From the NCBI GenBank assembly GCA_044229845.1, contig JBGASG010000001.1, positions 896,001-960,000 on the forward strand: DNA of 64,000 nt. The letters run 5' to 3'. A program made the position numbers and the translations under genes. Each line of letters starts with the position of its first letter. Positions within the stretch are counted from its first letter, which is position 1. This document shows, in pieces, positions 9,619 to 18,695 of the stretch. The notes under the pieces are model-generated. The model was not told the DNA's origin. It did not search any database and saw only the letters and a program-made list of their open reading frames with translations. The stretch comes from Candidatus Obscuribacteraceae bacterium. Its GTDB lineage: Bacteria; Cyanobacteriota; Vampirovibrionia; Obscuribacterales; Obscuribacteraceae.

Positions 9619-11736
9619 ATGAAACGACATCTGATCTCTCCAGTGGTGGCACTTTGCGTGATGCTGGTGGCGGTACTCGGACCGATTCGTATGGCTGCCG
9701 CAGCTGACGCTCCCCAGCAGCCGGGCAATCAAAACAAGTTTGCCCTTTTGATTGGCATTGATGACTACATCTCCAAACGCCTGGAAAAGCTGGATGGTTG
9801 TGAAAACGATGCGAAGGACATGCGCAAGCTTCTCACGACACGCTTCGGGTTTCCTGATGACGACAAACATATAAAAGTCTTGCTCTCGCGCCAGGCAACC
9901 AGACAAGCCATCGTTGATGCGTTCAAGGCTCAATTGATTGAGAATGCCAAAGCAAATCCGAATGCCATCTGTGTGTTTCATTACAGCGGGCATGGCTCTC
10001 AGGTGCCCGACATGAACGGCGATGAGGAGGACGGTATGGATGAAACTCTCGTGCCGGTAGATTCTCGCCAGCCCGATCACTACGACCTTACCGACGACGA
10101 TCTGGAAGACCTGATCAACCAGCTCGGTCAATATACGAAAAACATCACCATAATCACTGATTGCTGCCACTCCGGCTCCAATGTTCGAGACGCGACCGTG
10201 AGTGTGAGACTGCGCAAGGCCGAGACTGATGACAGACCGCAACCTCCACAAAAACCAAAGGACGCCAAAAGCGCTCCACCGGCTACTTATGTGTCAATGG
10301 CGGGATGCTTGCCCAACGAGACTGCCGGCGAGTCCGACACCGATACTCCGCAGGGTGACCGTGCCAATGGACTTCTGACAAGAAACTTGATTGATGCGCT
10401 TGAGCAGGCAAACGCCGGTACTACATATCGCGACTTGTGGGGAGCGGTGGCAACGGGAGTGACGGGCAACCGTTCCAATCAGCATCCGCAAATCGAAGGC
10501 GACATCGACCGTTTCATATTCGGCGATGCAACCGATCGAGCCGATCCGTACATTCCAGTTTCGGAAGTCACCGACAAGAGCATCACCATTGCCGCCGGTT
10601 CTCTGCAGGGGATCGATCCAGGCACGCTGGTGGCGTTCTATAAAAAGGAAGCAACTCAGCTGCGCGGCAACAAAGATTTGTTGGGTGTCGCCAGCGCCAA
10701 AGATTGCAATGCACTCAGTGCCACCATCGAAAGACCGGCAGGCGTTGATCAGGAAGCGTTGAAGTCGGCCAAAGCCAAAATCGTCACGCCGCACTTCGGC
10801 GCCGGTCCGCTCAATGTGACAGCATTCAATGCCGTTCCTGGAGAAACGAACTCAGCCAGCTGGCAGCAGTTCACCAAGGGCCTGACTGATTCGGTCGACC
10901 CCAAACTGGTCAAAATTGCCAGCAAAACCGCTGATCCGTTTAAAACGCGCGACGCCGGTGGCTGGGACATGTCTGTCGTAAAGGACACATACAACAACTT
11001 CCAGCAGGAGAAAAGTACCGCCGGCACTCGTGACGCCAAAGGCAACGGTTACTTCATTGCCACTAAGGATGGTGCGCCGCTCTTTGATGTCTGGGTGGAT
11101 GAAAACGATCCACACGCTGCCGACACCATAGCCAGCGCTCTGGAAAAGGGAGCTCGACAGCAGCGCGTGTTGGCTCTCGATAATCAAGTCTCGCCTCTCA
11201 AGGGCGCTCTGAAGATCGAAGTGCTGAAAGTTACCCCACTTGGTAAAGACGAATGGGGCGAGCCGACCTTCAAAGAAGATCCCGTTCCAGGAAATCAACT
11301 TGTGCCCACCGTGCACGTGGGGGACAAGTTGCGACTCAAGTTGACCAACACCACGGACGAAAATATCTACATCGCTATTTTGGCAATTGAGACCAGCGGC
11401 AGCATCGCTGTGCTCTATCCGCCGGACAATGCCAAATATCCGCTGCCTCCTAAAGGTACTTTCCGGTGGCCGGCACAGAAGCGCTTGCTTAGCATCAAGC
11501 CGCCCCTGGGAGTGGAGACCCTCAAATTTATCGTCACAACCAAGCCGGCTGATTTCACCATACTCGGACAGTCTGGCGTCAGCCGTGCTGCTCCGTCCGG
11601 TCCCGGTACGGCGCTGGAAGAACTTTTCCGCCGCAGCGTCGGTGGTCACAACACCCGCGATCTGGGCGTCAGCGAGGAAGACAGCAACTCGCTTGACGAG
11701 TGGACCACGACGACTCTCAGGCTTGTCATTAGATAA
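9619..11736 (+). CDS. Secreted metacaspase (C14) with C-terminal DUF4384-like domain
   Basis: Signal peptide; HYSGHGSQ, DETLVPVD, TDCCHSG; C-terminal GDKLRL...YIAIL...LYPP...PPLGVETLKFIVT. Confidence 0.9.
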   Translation: MKRHLISPVVALCVMLVAVLGPIRMAAAADAPQQPGNQNKFALLIGIDDYISKRLEKLDGCENDAKDMRKLLTTRFGFPDDDKHIKVLLSRQATRQAIVDAFKAQLIENAKANPNAICVFHYSGHGSQVPDMNGDEEDGMDETLVPVDSRQPDHYDLTDDDLEDLINQLGQYTKNITIITDCCHSGSNVRDATVSVRLRKAETDDRPQPPQKPKDAKSAPPATYVSMAGCLPNETAGESDTDTPQGDRANGLLTRNLIDALEQANAGTTYRDLWGAVATGVTGNRSNQHPQIEGDIDRFIFGDATDRADPYIPVSEVTDKSITIAAGSLQGIDPGTLVAFYKKEATQLRGNKDLLGVASAKDCNALSATIERPAGVDQEALKSAKAKIVTPHFGAGPLNVTAFNAVPGETNSASWQQFTKGLTDSVDPKLVKIASKTADPFKTRDAGGWDMSVVKDTYNNFQQEKSTAGTRDAKGNGYFIATKDGAPLFDVWVDENDPHAADTIASALEKGARQQRVLALDNQVSPLKGALKIEVLKVTPLGKDEWGEPTFKEDPVPGNQLVPTVHVGDKLRLKLTNTTDENIYIAILAIETSGSIAVLYPPDNAKYPLPPKGTFRWPAQKRLLSIKPPLGVETLKFIVTTKPADFTILGQSGVSRAAPSGPGTALEELFRRSVGGHNTRDLGVSEEDSNSLDEWTTTTLRLVIR

Positions 11737-11852
11737 AGCCAAGGAATTTTTTGTAGAAACATATGGGCAAATCGTTATCTGCCGACGATAATCTGTTCTG
11801 GCCCGCCATAAGGGAAGTAGCCTTCCCTGAGTTATAGGAATTGGAGGACAGA

Positions 11853-12197
11853 ATGGAAAAATTGAACAAGACCGATTTGACGGTATTGCTCGCAGCGATC
11901 AGCGTCAGCTCTGGTGTTCTGGTCAGCTCAGGTCAACCGGCAGTAGCAGCCAAATCGACCGGAATGGCAATCGCTGAAAAGGGAACCAACCTGGCCGACA
12001 CCGATAAGAAAGACGACACCAAGAAAGAAGAAGCCAAGCCTGCCGGCAAGAAAAAAGGTCCTGGCAAAAACAGAGGCGGCGGTTGCACATATCCGTGCGG
12101 ATGCCACTACGGCAACGCCAAGAAGCATGGCAAGACCGACAAAGCCGGCGAATCCAAACCGGCCGAAGATGCCAAAAAGGAAGCTGAAACCAAGTAG
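11853..12197 (+). CDS. Putative RiPP precursor: signal peptide, Lys/Asp-rich spacers, Cys-rich core GGGCTYPCGCHYG
   Basis: GGAGG RBS at ~11843; 114 aa; first gene of an operon containing DUF692/DUF2063, the layout of secreted MNIO precursor clusters. Confidence 0.75.
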   Translation: MEKLNKTDLTVLLAAISVSSGVLVSSGQPAVAAKSTGMAIAEKGTNLADTDKKDDTKKEEAKPAGKKKGPGKNRGGGCTYPCGCHYGNAKKHGKTDKAGESKPAEDAKKEAETK

Positions 12198-12212
12198 TCA
12201 GCCTCAGGTTCA

Positions 12213-13649
12213 ATGAGAAAATTTAGCCCTGCGTCCGTGCTAGCAACGTTGTGTCTGGTTGGTAGTTTATTTGCCAGCCAGCTCAAGTTGCCCGCAATGG
12301 GCGCAGGGTTTGATTCTCTAGTAGGCACCGCACTACCTGTCCAACACAATGGTGAACGAGCGGGAGCCCAGCAAGCGGCCCCAGCAGCGCCAGCGGCACA
12401 ACCAGCAGAAGGGCCGCTGAGCACCGTCGAAATCACTATCGGTCCTTTCGACCTGGCCAAAAAATATCGATCCATGGAAGGTCCGTATGTGCGCGAGCCG
12501 CTGCGCATCGCCGACCTGATTGCGTCGAAACAGATCCAAATTCCTGAAGCCCTTGTACAATTCGTCGAAGGTTGTTCAAAACCGGCACCTTCAATGTCCG
12601 GCAGTGCCAAAGGCGCGAAGTCCGATGTACCGGATGCTGGTGTGATCGGGCTCAACACAGCGCGCACAAAAGGCAGAGAGTTGCTCTGGCTGAAGTCGGT
12701 CAAGCTGGAAGTCCTGGACGAAAACGATCAGGTCTTACCCACGGACGAATTTTTCTGCCACTCGACCATTGATGTCGATCTGGATTTCCGCAGCCATGTG
12801 TTTCCTGAAAGTGAACAGCCAGGGAGCATGCGCCACATAGTTCTTTCGCAGGGGCAGACCGAGTTTTCCTTCCCGCGCGGATATGGACTGCCGGTTGCCA
12901 GCGACGAAACCTGGAGATTCATTTTTCAGGCAATCAATAGAGATAGCGACAAACACCGGCGAGTCAAGCAACGCTGTGTACTTTCATTCGTTCGCGATTC
13001 GGAATTGGTTTATCCGATCAAAGCTCTGTTCTGGTACTACCCGGTGATCAATGTGGTGATCGATCGCAATTCGCCGGAGGCGGCACAAGAAGAACACAAC
13101 ATGTGCCCGGACTGTTCGTTGATGTCTGATGGCGTGCCGGCTCCGAGCAGCATGCGCAGCATGATCTTCAATGATGAGCTGGGGCGCAAACAAATCGGCC
13201 ACTGGGTGGTGCCACCCGGTACTCACACTTACACAAGTCCCGTCAGCACCATCACATCCCCTGCTAATGCCGATTTCTCCGCGGTAAACAGACGTGTTCA
13301 TCTGGTCATGGCTCACGTGCATCCTTATTGTGAAAAATTTGCTCTGGTAGAGTGCAACGGTAAAGCACGCAAGGACGTGATCGTGGTCAAGGCGCGAACG
13401 CAGGAAAAGCCGCTGCAGATTTTGCACATCGACACGCTGAGTTCCAGCGAAGGTATTCCTCTGATAGCGGGCAAGCATTACGAGCTGGAAGCGACTTACG
13501 TCAATCCGACGGCGCAGCCGCAAGACTCGATGGCCGGCATGGCAATTTATTGCGCCGACACAAAATTTGTGCGACCTGACTGGTCGTACGCCGGTGACTC
13601 CAATCCCGCTGATTGTGGACTTCCCGTTAGCAAGCGCAAGGCGAAATAA
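12213..13649 (+). CDS. Secreted protein, putative copper type II (PHM/DBH-like) monooxygenase
   Basis: Signal peptide; FFCH, then FPRGYGLPV, AHVHPY and terminal YVNPT...DSMAGM, resembling the PHM CuM site (HxH...M); CPDC motif. Confidence 0.55.
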   Translation: MRKFSPASVLATLCLVGSLFASQLKLPAMGAGFDSLVGTALPVQHNGERAGAQQAAPAAPAAQPAEGPLSTVEITIGPFDLAKKYRSMEGPYVREPLRIADLIASKQIQIPEALVQFVEGCSKPAPSMSGSAKGAKSDVPDAGVIGLNTARTKGRELLWLKSVKLEVLDENDQVLPTDEFFCHSTIDVDLDFRSHVFPESEQPGSMRHIVLSQGQTEFSFPRGYGLPVASDETWRFIFQAINRDSDKHRRVKQRCVLSFVRDSELVYPIKALFWYYPVINVVIDRNSPEAAQEEHNMCPDCSLMSDGVPAPSSMRSMIFNDELGRKQIGHWVVPPGTHTYTSPVSTITSPANADFSAVNRRVHLVMAHVHPYCEKFALVECNGKARKDVIVVKARTQEKPLQILHIDTLSSSEGIPLIAGKHYELEATYVNPTAQPQDSMAGMAIYCADTKFVRPDWSYAGDSNPADCGLPVSKRKAK

Positions 13650-14557
13650 TGACGTCTAAGTTTCTCGATGTGAAAAAGCAATTGCCGATACTGGGTGTCG
13701 GCCTGGGGCTGCGCAACGAAGTGGAAGACGAAACCTTCGAGCACGCCGACCAGATCGACTGGCTGGAAATAATCTCCGAGCAATTCATGGGACTGGGCGG
13801 AAAATCGCGAGCCCGCTTGGACAGGGCTTTAAATGTATTCCCTCTAATCGCGCACGGGGTCGGACTGTCTCTCGGGAGCACCGACGAAATAGACCAGGAC
13901 TACATCCGGTCTTTGAAGAAACTCCTGAAGCATATCGATGCTCCTTGGTGGAGCGATCATCTTTGTTTCAGTGCCTTTGGCGGTGTGCAAACCCACGAGT
14001 TGCTGCCGCTGCCGTTCTCACGCGAGGCAGTTGCGCATTGCGTAACACGCGCGAAGAAAGTCCAGGAGATGACGGACATTCCGTTTCTTCTCGAAAACAT
14101 CACGTACTACATGCGCATGCCCGGCAGTGAGCTGGATGAAGCTCAGTTTCTTTCTGAAGTGTTGGAGCAAGCCGATTGCGGGCTTCTGCTCGATATCAAC
14201 AATGTGTATGTCAATTCGCTCAATCACAAATTCGATCCTTTCGAATTTATGGATCAGATTCCGCTTGAGCGCACCGTACAAATTCACATAGCCGGTCACC
14301 ACCATGCTCCCGAATTCGATGCCTATGTGGATACGCATGGTGCCACACCTCCAAGACCGGTTCTGGATCTGCTTAAGTATGTGATGGAACGGGTTCCAGT
14401 CAACGCGATTCTCCTCGAGCGCGATCAGCATTTTCCCGATGAGTTTTCTGAGTTACTGGCAGAGCTGGACGATATTCGAGCTGTAGTCAAAGCAGCACAA
14501 CCAGGCTGGCTCGACAGCAAGTCTCAGGCGAAGACGTCGCACCAGGTGCGCGGATAA
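13649..14557 (+). CDS. DUF692 multinuclear non-heme iron oxidase (MNIO)
   Basis: GVGLGLR, WLEIISE, HGVGLSLGS, WSDHL, LLENI, LLLDINN, QIHIAGH, DTH, LERD. Confidence 0.95.
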   Translation: MTSKFLDVKKQLPILGVGLGLRNEVEDETFEHADQIDWLEIISEQFMGLGGKSRARLDRALNVFPLIAHGVGLSLGSTDEIDQDYIRSLKKLLKHIDAPWWSDHLCFSAFGGVQTHELLPLPFSREAVAHCVTRAKKVQEMTDIPFLLENITYYMRMPGSELDEAQFLSEVLEQADCGLLLDINNVYVNSLNHKFDPFEFMDQIPLERTVQIHIAGHHHAPEFDAYVDTHGATPPRPVLDLLKYVMERVPVNAILLERDQHFPDEFSELLAELDDIRAVVKAAQPGWLDSKSQAKTSHQVRG

Positions 14558-14561
14558 GACT

Positions 14562-15404
14562 ATGCCTGGTAGCACGCTCTCCGAAGTCGAAAAGGCAATG
14601 ACCAAGTTGTGGACGAATCGCGACGCATTGGAGCGATTTCTGGCAGGCGACTTCTCAGACATTGGTCCCGAGATCGCCGCTCAAATCGATAAAGAGCGGC
14701 TGATGATCTACGTTCAAGTTTTGCAAGTCAAACACTACGAAACGATGAGCATGACTTTTCCTCTGACGGAAAAACTGTTAGGAGAAGACTGGGACGAGAT
14801 CGTTGAAGACTATCGCAACATCTGCCCGCCGACCAGCTACAGGTCCAGTCGCGCCGGCGAACACTTCAAGACATTCATCGAAAAACATTTGAACGAGCAG
14901 GTGAAGGAAAAGTTTCCTTACTTGACGGACCTTGTCGATTACGAGTTTTCCGAAAGCGACATGATTGATTTCGATGATACGGAATTCGATTATCAATCCG
15001 ATACGTGCCTGCTGCAATCGGCTGAGGAATTCGCGGGATTCAAACCTCTGGTCAACCCGGCTCTGCTTATTCGGCGGTATCACTTCGATCTCATCGCCAT
15101 CGCCGAAAAGCTGGAAGAAGAGTCGGATGAGTTGCCGGCAGACGTGAAGGCGGAGCCGAGTATTGTCCTTGTTTATCGAGATCCTGAGGACAAAGAGATT
15201 CGATTCTTGTCCGTGGGACATGTGGCGGCGGCGATCATTGAGAAAGCTCAGGAAGGAAACAGCTCCTACGGCGATCTCGCAGGACTTGCGGTCGCGCTCA
15301 ATCCGGATCAAGATCCGCAAACGACATTGGCCGATTTTATGGGACTAGTAGAGTCCCTGCAGGGCAAGCACGTTTTTATTGGACATCGCAGAATTTCCGG
15401 CTAA
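14562..15404 (+). CDS. DUF2063/HvfC-like MNIO partner protein
   Basis: Directly follows DUF692; RLMIY...FPLTEKLLG...PYLTDLVDYE...NPALLIRRYHF pattern. Confidence 0.85.
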   Translation: MPGSTLSEVEKAMTKLWTNRDALERFLAGDFSDIGPEIAAQIDKERLMIYVQVLQVKHYETMSMTFPLTEKLLGEDWDEIVEDYRNICPPTSYRSSRAGEHFKTFIEKHLNEQVKEKFPYLTDLVDYEFSESDMIDFDDTEFDYQSDTCLLQSAEEFAGFKPLVNPALLIRRYHFDLIAIAEKLEEESDELPADVKAEPSIVLVYRDPEDKEIRFLSVGHVAAAIIEKAQEGNSSYGDLAGLAVALNPDQDPQTTLADFMGLVESLQGKHVFIGHRRISG

Positions 15405-18400
15405 CTACCAGCCCACGCCGTCGTAGACCCAACCCGCCCAGTAGTAGGGATGCTTCCACTTGCCACCGGGGGTTGACTTCACCGACTCTTGCGCCGCCTT
15501 CAATGCGTCGACTGGTTTCATCGGTTTCGTGGGATTCCACAGATTTTGATAGAACGCCTTCATCAATTCTTTTGTGGCCTTGTCATCGACAGACCAGAGT
15601 GACATCAAGACTCCTCGCGTTCCGGCACCGATTAATGCGGCGCGCAGTCCCATCACTCCCTGCCCTTCGTAGTCTTTGCCGCGACCGGTGTTGCAGGCGG
15701 ACAAGACAACGAGATTGCAGTGGCTCAAGTCCTGGCCAACCAACTCCTCAGCGGTAAGCCGATCGTTGTTGCTGCCCGCGATGATGTTCAGGTAGTTGGA
15801 TTTGAATTGGCCACCGCCCAATTTTTGTGCGTCCGGTATTGGTGCCACCAGAAGACCGGACAAGACAAGTGGATTGCGCGAGGCGGCTGCAGCTCTCGTG
15901 TCGATGCCGCCCTGATCTTTGCCGGAGAACCTCACTGTGTCGCCAGGCAATGTCACCAGGGGCACCGTTTTGTCTCGGTCGTCTGCCGGATCGAAGAATC
16001 CGTGCGTGGCAAGGTGTGCATAAGTGGAACTGCTCAAGTGTTTGAGCACCTCATCCTTGGTCGGCTGAAGACCAGTCAACTTCGACACATGAAGCTTCAT
16101 TGGCTCTGCAAGCGCGGCGATTTCGTTGGCTTCGGATTCTGTACCCGGAAGGAAAAGTGCCTTTTGCGCAAACTCGATGCCGCCGATCACAAAGAGATCT
16201 TTTGCTTGAGGAGCTTTATAAGGTGCCCGCAATTGCAGCAGGGCGCGCGGACTGTCGATTTGACAGGTGCGTATGCGGCCGCCTTCGTTGTTATCTATGA
16301 GAACAGACCAGGGCAGGGTCGCAAGTTTTGAGTCGGGGCAAATCCACACTTTTGGAGCGCTTGCCGGGATTGCTGCTTTGATGGGCAACCAAAGTTTCTT
16401 GCCGACGGCATTTGCCAGCTCAGTGCAATTGACGCGGGGTGCATTGGCAGCGTTTGGCGAGTTTGGTTTCTCGTCGTCGTCGGTAATGGAGACATCGCGG
16501 GCGGTGCCAGAGTTCGAAGCCATGGCGTGAAGCCAATCGGTTGACACCTTATCTATGTCGTCGGCATCACCCAGTCGAAATCCCTTGACACCACCTGACT
16601 TAGAAACTGCAAACACGAAGTATGCCGACTTGTTGGTGAGCATATCTTTGTAGCGGAGCATGTCTACTACGACTTCATCGCTGCTCAATGAGCTGGCGAA
16701 CTCGCGAGCTGTTTTGGTGAGCGTTGGATCGATCTCGCCGGTCGCAGTATTTTTGAGGGCGAGTTTGCGTTCGAGCATTTCTTTAATTTCTGTCCGGGTC
16801 TGAATGCCGATCAGATCGGATTGTTGACCGGCACCACCGGCGGAGAGTTTTGAAAGCTCTTGCCTGATGTTTCTGAGGGCGGCGACGGTGTTCGGGTCGC
16901 CGCTGCGTTCCAGGTTGGCCTGTTGTCTGACAGCGTTGATCAAAAGACCCTGCCAGCGCATAACATATTCAAATCGCTTGTCGGCTGACTCAGTTGCCGA
17001 GCCGTATGATAGGAGCGCGTTGATCTGATCGCCTACGCACTTGATAAACGCGCACTGACCTGCAAATGAGAGCTTCGGAAACCCGGACTTTACAAACTCG
17101 TCCAGCTTCTCGCAGGCGGCCAAAACATTTTTATTCGCAACTGCTTGGGCACCAAGTTTGCTGTTAGCGAATGCAATGCCATTGTAGTCCGCCACCAGCC
17201 CAAGAACACCAGCGCTCGACGTGTCTTTGAGATGCAGTTTCAATGCCTGGTTATACTCGGTGTCCGCAAGTTTGTAGTCTTGCTTGGAAAGGGCAAGCCC
17301 GGCAAGCAGCAAGTGCGCCTTTGCTAGTTCGGACTGATCAGTGTAGTTGGGTTGGATGATGCTGGAGAGAATGGTCACCGCTTTTTGCGCGACCGATGCC
17401 GCCTCAGCGGCGTTGTTCGACAAGCTGAGAACTTGTGCTAGTTCCAGTTGATGACTAGCTACCTGACTGTTGCTCAATCGCAGGTTCGATTTCCCACACA
17501 GCTGCCGCGCATAGTTTTCTGCTGCTGCCAGATCGCCTTTGGATCGGGCGACCGACGTGAGGATCTCCAGGCAATTCATGCCGAGCATGTTGTCCTGATA
17601 ATAGGTCGGCCCCCAAAGTTTCTTGCAGAGATCTTCTGCTTCTCTGGCTCTCGACCAAGCTACATCATAGTCACCTTCCAGGCGACACACTCTGGCTCGG
17701 GCAATCAGTGTTCGCACTCTGTTGTCTTGCGGCTGGTTGTGGTTTGCGTACCAAATTTGAGACGCCGCGAAGGTAGCTTCAGCCTTTGCATAGTCTCCGA
17801 GATTTTCAAACAACAGTCCCAATCCGTACTTTTCGCGACCGTTAACAGGCGATACGGATAAGTCACCGTTGGGAGCAAGAGCGCTGAAATTGGCAAGAGC
17901 CAGATTTGCCAGTTCTACCCCCTTCTGCCGCGTTCTCTCATCGCCGGACAAGAGGTAAGCCAGGCGCACCAACGATGCTTGAACGGCTGGTGTCTTGAGG
18001 CGAGCATCTTTTGCATCGCTCAACTTCTTCCAGATTGCATACCCTTCCAGCGCGGGCGGAACATAGTCACCACCCAGCGCCGCCAGTCGATGTGCGATCA
18101 AAAACTTTTCCTGAGCGACGGACGGGCTATCGTTGCCTTCCAGCTTCTGTCTGATCTGCATCGCCTGAACAATGATTGGAATCACCGGCTGCGTCTTGTT
18201 TTTGAAGTATGGATACGCAATTGCAACATCGTCCAGAAACTGGGCGTACTGGACCGAGTTCGGATCCATTTTTGAGCCGTTGTCGGACATTACTTTGCTG
18301 AGATCGGGTGCGATACCAAAAGCTTTTTCGTGAGTTTCGCGTGCGGCGGCGTTCTGAGCTTCTAAAGCAATGTCGATGAAAATGTTTTTGCGAATTAGTG

Positions 18401-18647
18401 CATCGTTGTCTCTGTACTGATTGTAGAGGGGCTCCGCCTCTGTCGGGCGACCCTCCGCGACAAGTATGCCAGCCAAGTCTCGATTGGCTTTCGCCAGCTG
18501 CGCCTCAGGAGCCTTATTTTTAGTGAGCTGCTCAATTTGCGCACGGGCAGCCTTTTCGGCGTCCTGCAGTTTCTTGTTGGTTTCCTGGGCATCCACCTGG
18601 CAGGCACAGGAAAGTGCCGCCGCTACGAGAAGTACCAGTCTCTTCAT
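15405..18647 (-). CDS. Secreted TPR + CHAT-domain protease
   Basis: Signal peptide; HLATHGFF, LVVLSACNTG, SLWSVDD, HPYYWAGW. Confidence 0.92.
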   Translation of the reverse strand: MKRLVLLVAAALSCACQVDAQETNKKLQDAEKAARAQIEQLTKNKAPEAQLAKANRDLAGILVAEGRPTEAEPLYNQYRDNDALIRKNIFIDIALEAQNAAARETHEKAFGIAPDLSKVMSDNGSKMDPNSVQYAQFLDDVAIAYPYFKNKTQPVIPIIVQAMQIRQKLEGNDSPSVAQEKFLIAHRLAALGGDYVPPALEGYAIWKKLSDAKDARLKTPAVQASLVRLAYLLSGDERTRQKGVELANLALANFSALAPNGDLSVSPVNGREKYGLGLLFENLGDYAKAEATFAASQIWYANHNQPQDNRVRTLIARARVCRLEGDYDVAWSRAREAEDLCKKLWGPTYYQDNMLGMNCLEILTSVARSKGDLAAAENYARQLCGKSNLRLSNSQVASHQLELAQVLSLSNNAAEAASVAQKAVTILSSIIQPNYTDQSELAKAHLLLAGLALSKQDYKLADTEYNQALKLHLKDTSSAGVLGLVADYNGIAFANSKLGAQAVANKNVLAACEKLDEFVKSGFPKLSFAGQCAFIKCVGDQINALLSYGSATESADKRFEYVMRWQGLLINAVRQQANLERSGDPNTVAALRNIRQELSKLSAGGAGQQSDLIGIQTRTEIKEMLERKLALKNTATGEIDPTLTKTAREFASSLSSDEVVVDMLRYKDMLTNKSAYFVFAVSKSGGVKGFRLGDADDIDKVSTDWLHAMASNSGTARDVSITDDDEKPNSPNAANAPRVNCTELANAVGKKLWLPIKAAIPASAPKVWICPDSKLATLPWSVLIDNNEGGRIRTCQIDSPRALLQLRAPYKAPQAKDLFVIGGIEFAQKALFLPGTESEANEIAALAEPMKLHVSKLTGLQPTKDEVLKHLSSSTYAHLATHGFFDPADDRDKTVPLVTLPGDTVRFSGKDQGGIDTRAAAASRNPLVLSGLLVAPIPDAQKLGGGQFKSNYLNIIAGSNNDRLTAEELVGQDLSHCNLVVLSACNTGRGKDYEGQGVMGLRAALIGAGTRGVLMSLWSVDDKATKELMKAFYQNLWNPTKPMKPVDALKAAQESVKSTPGGKWKHPYYWAGWVYDGVGW

Positions 18648-18695
18648 ATCTCGCTGTTCCTCCACACTGCCAAAGACCAAGCGCTGTCAAGAAAC

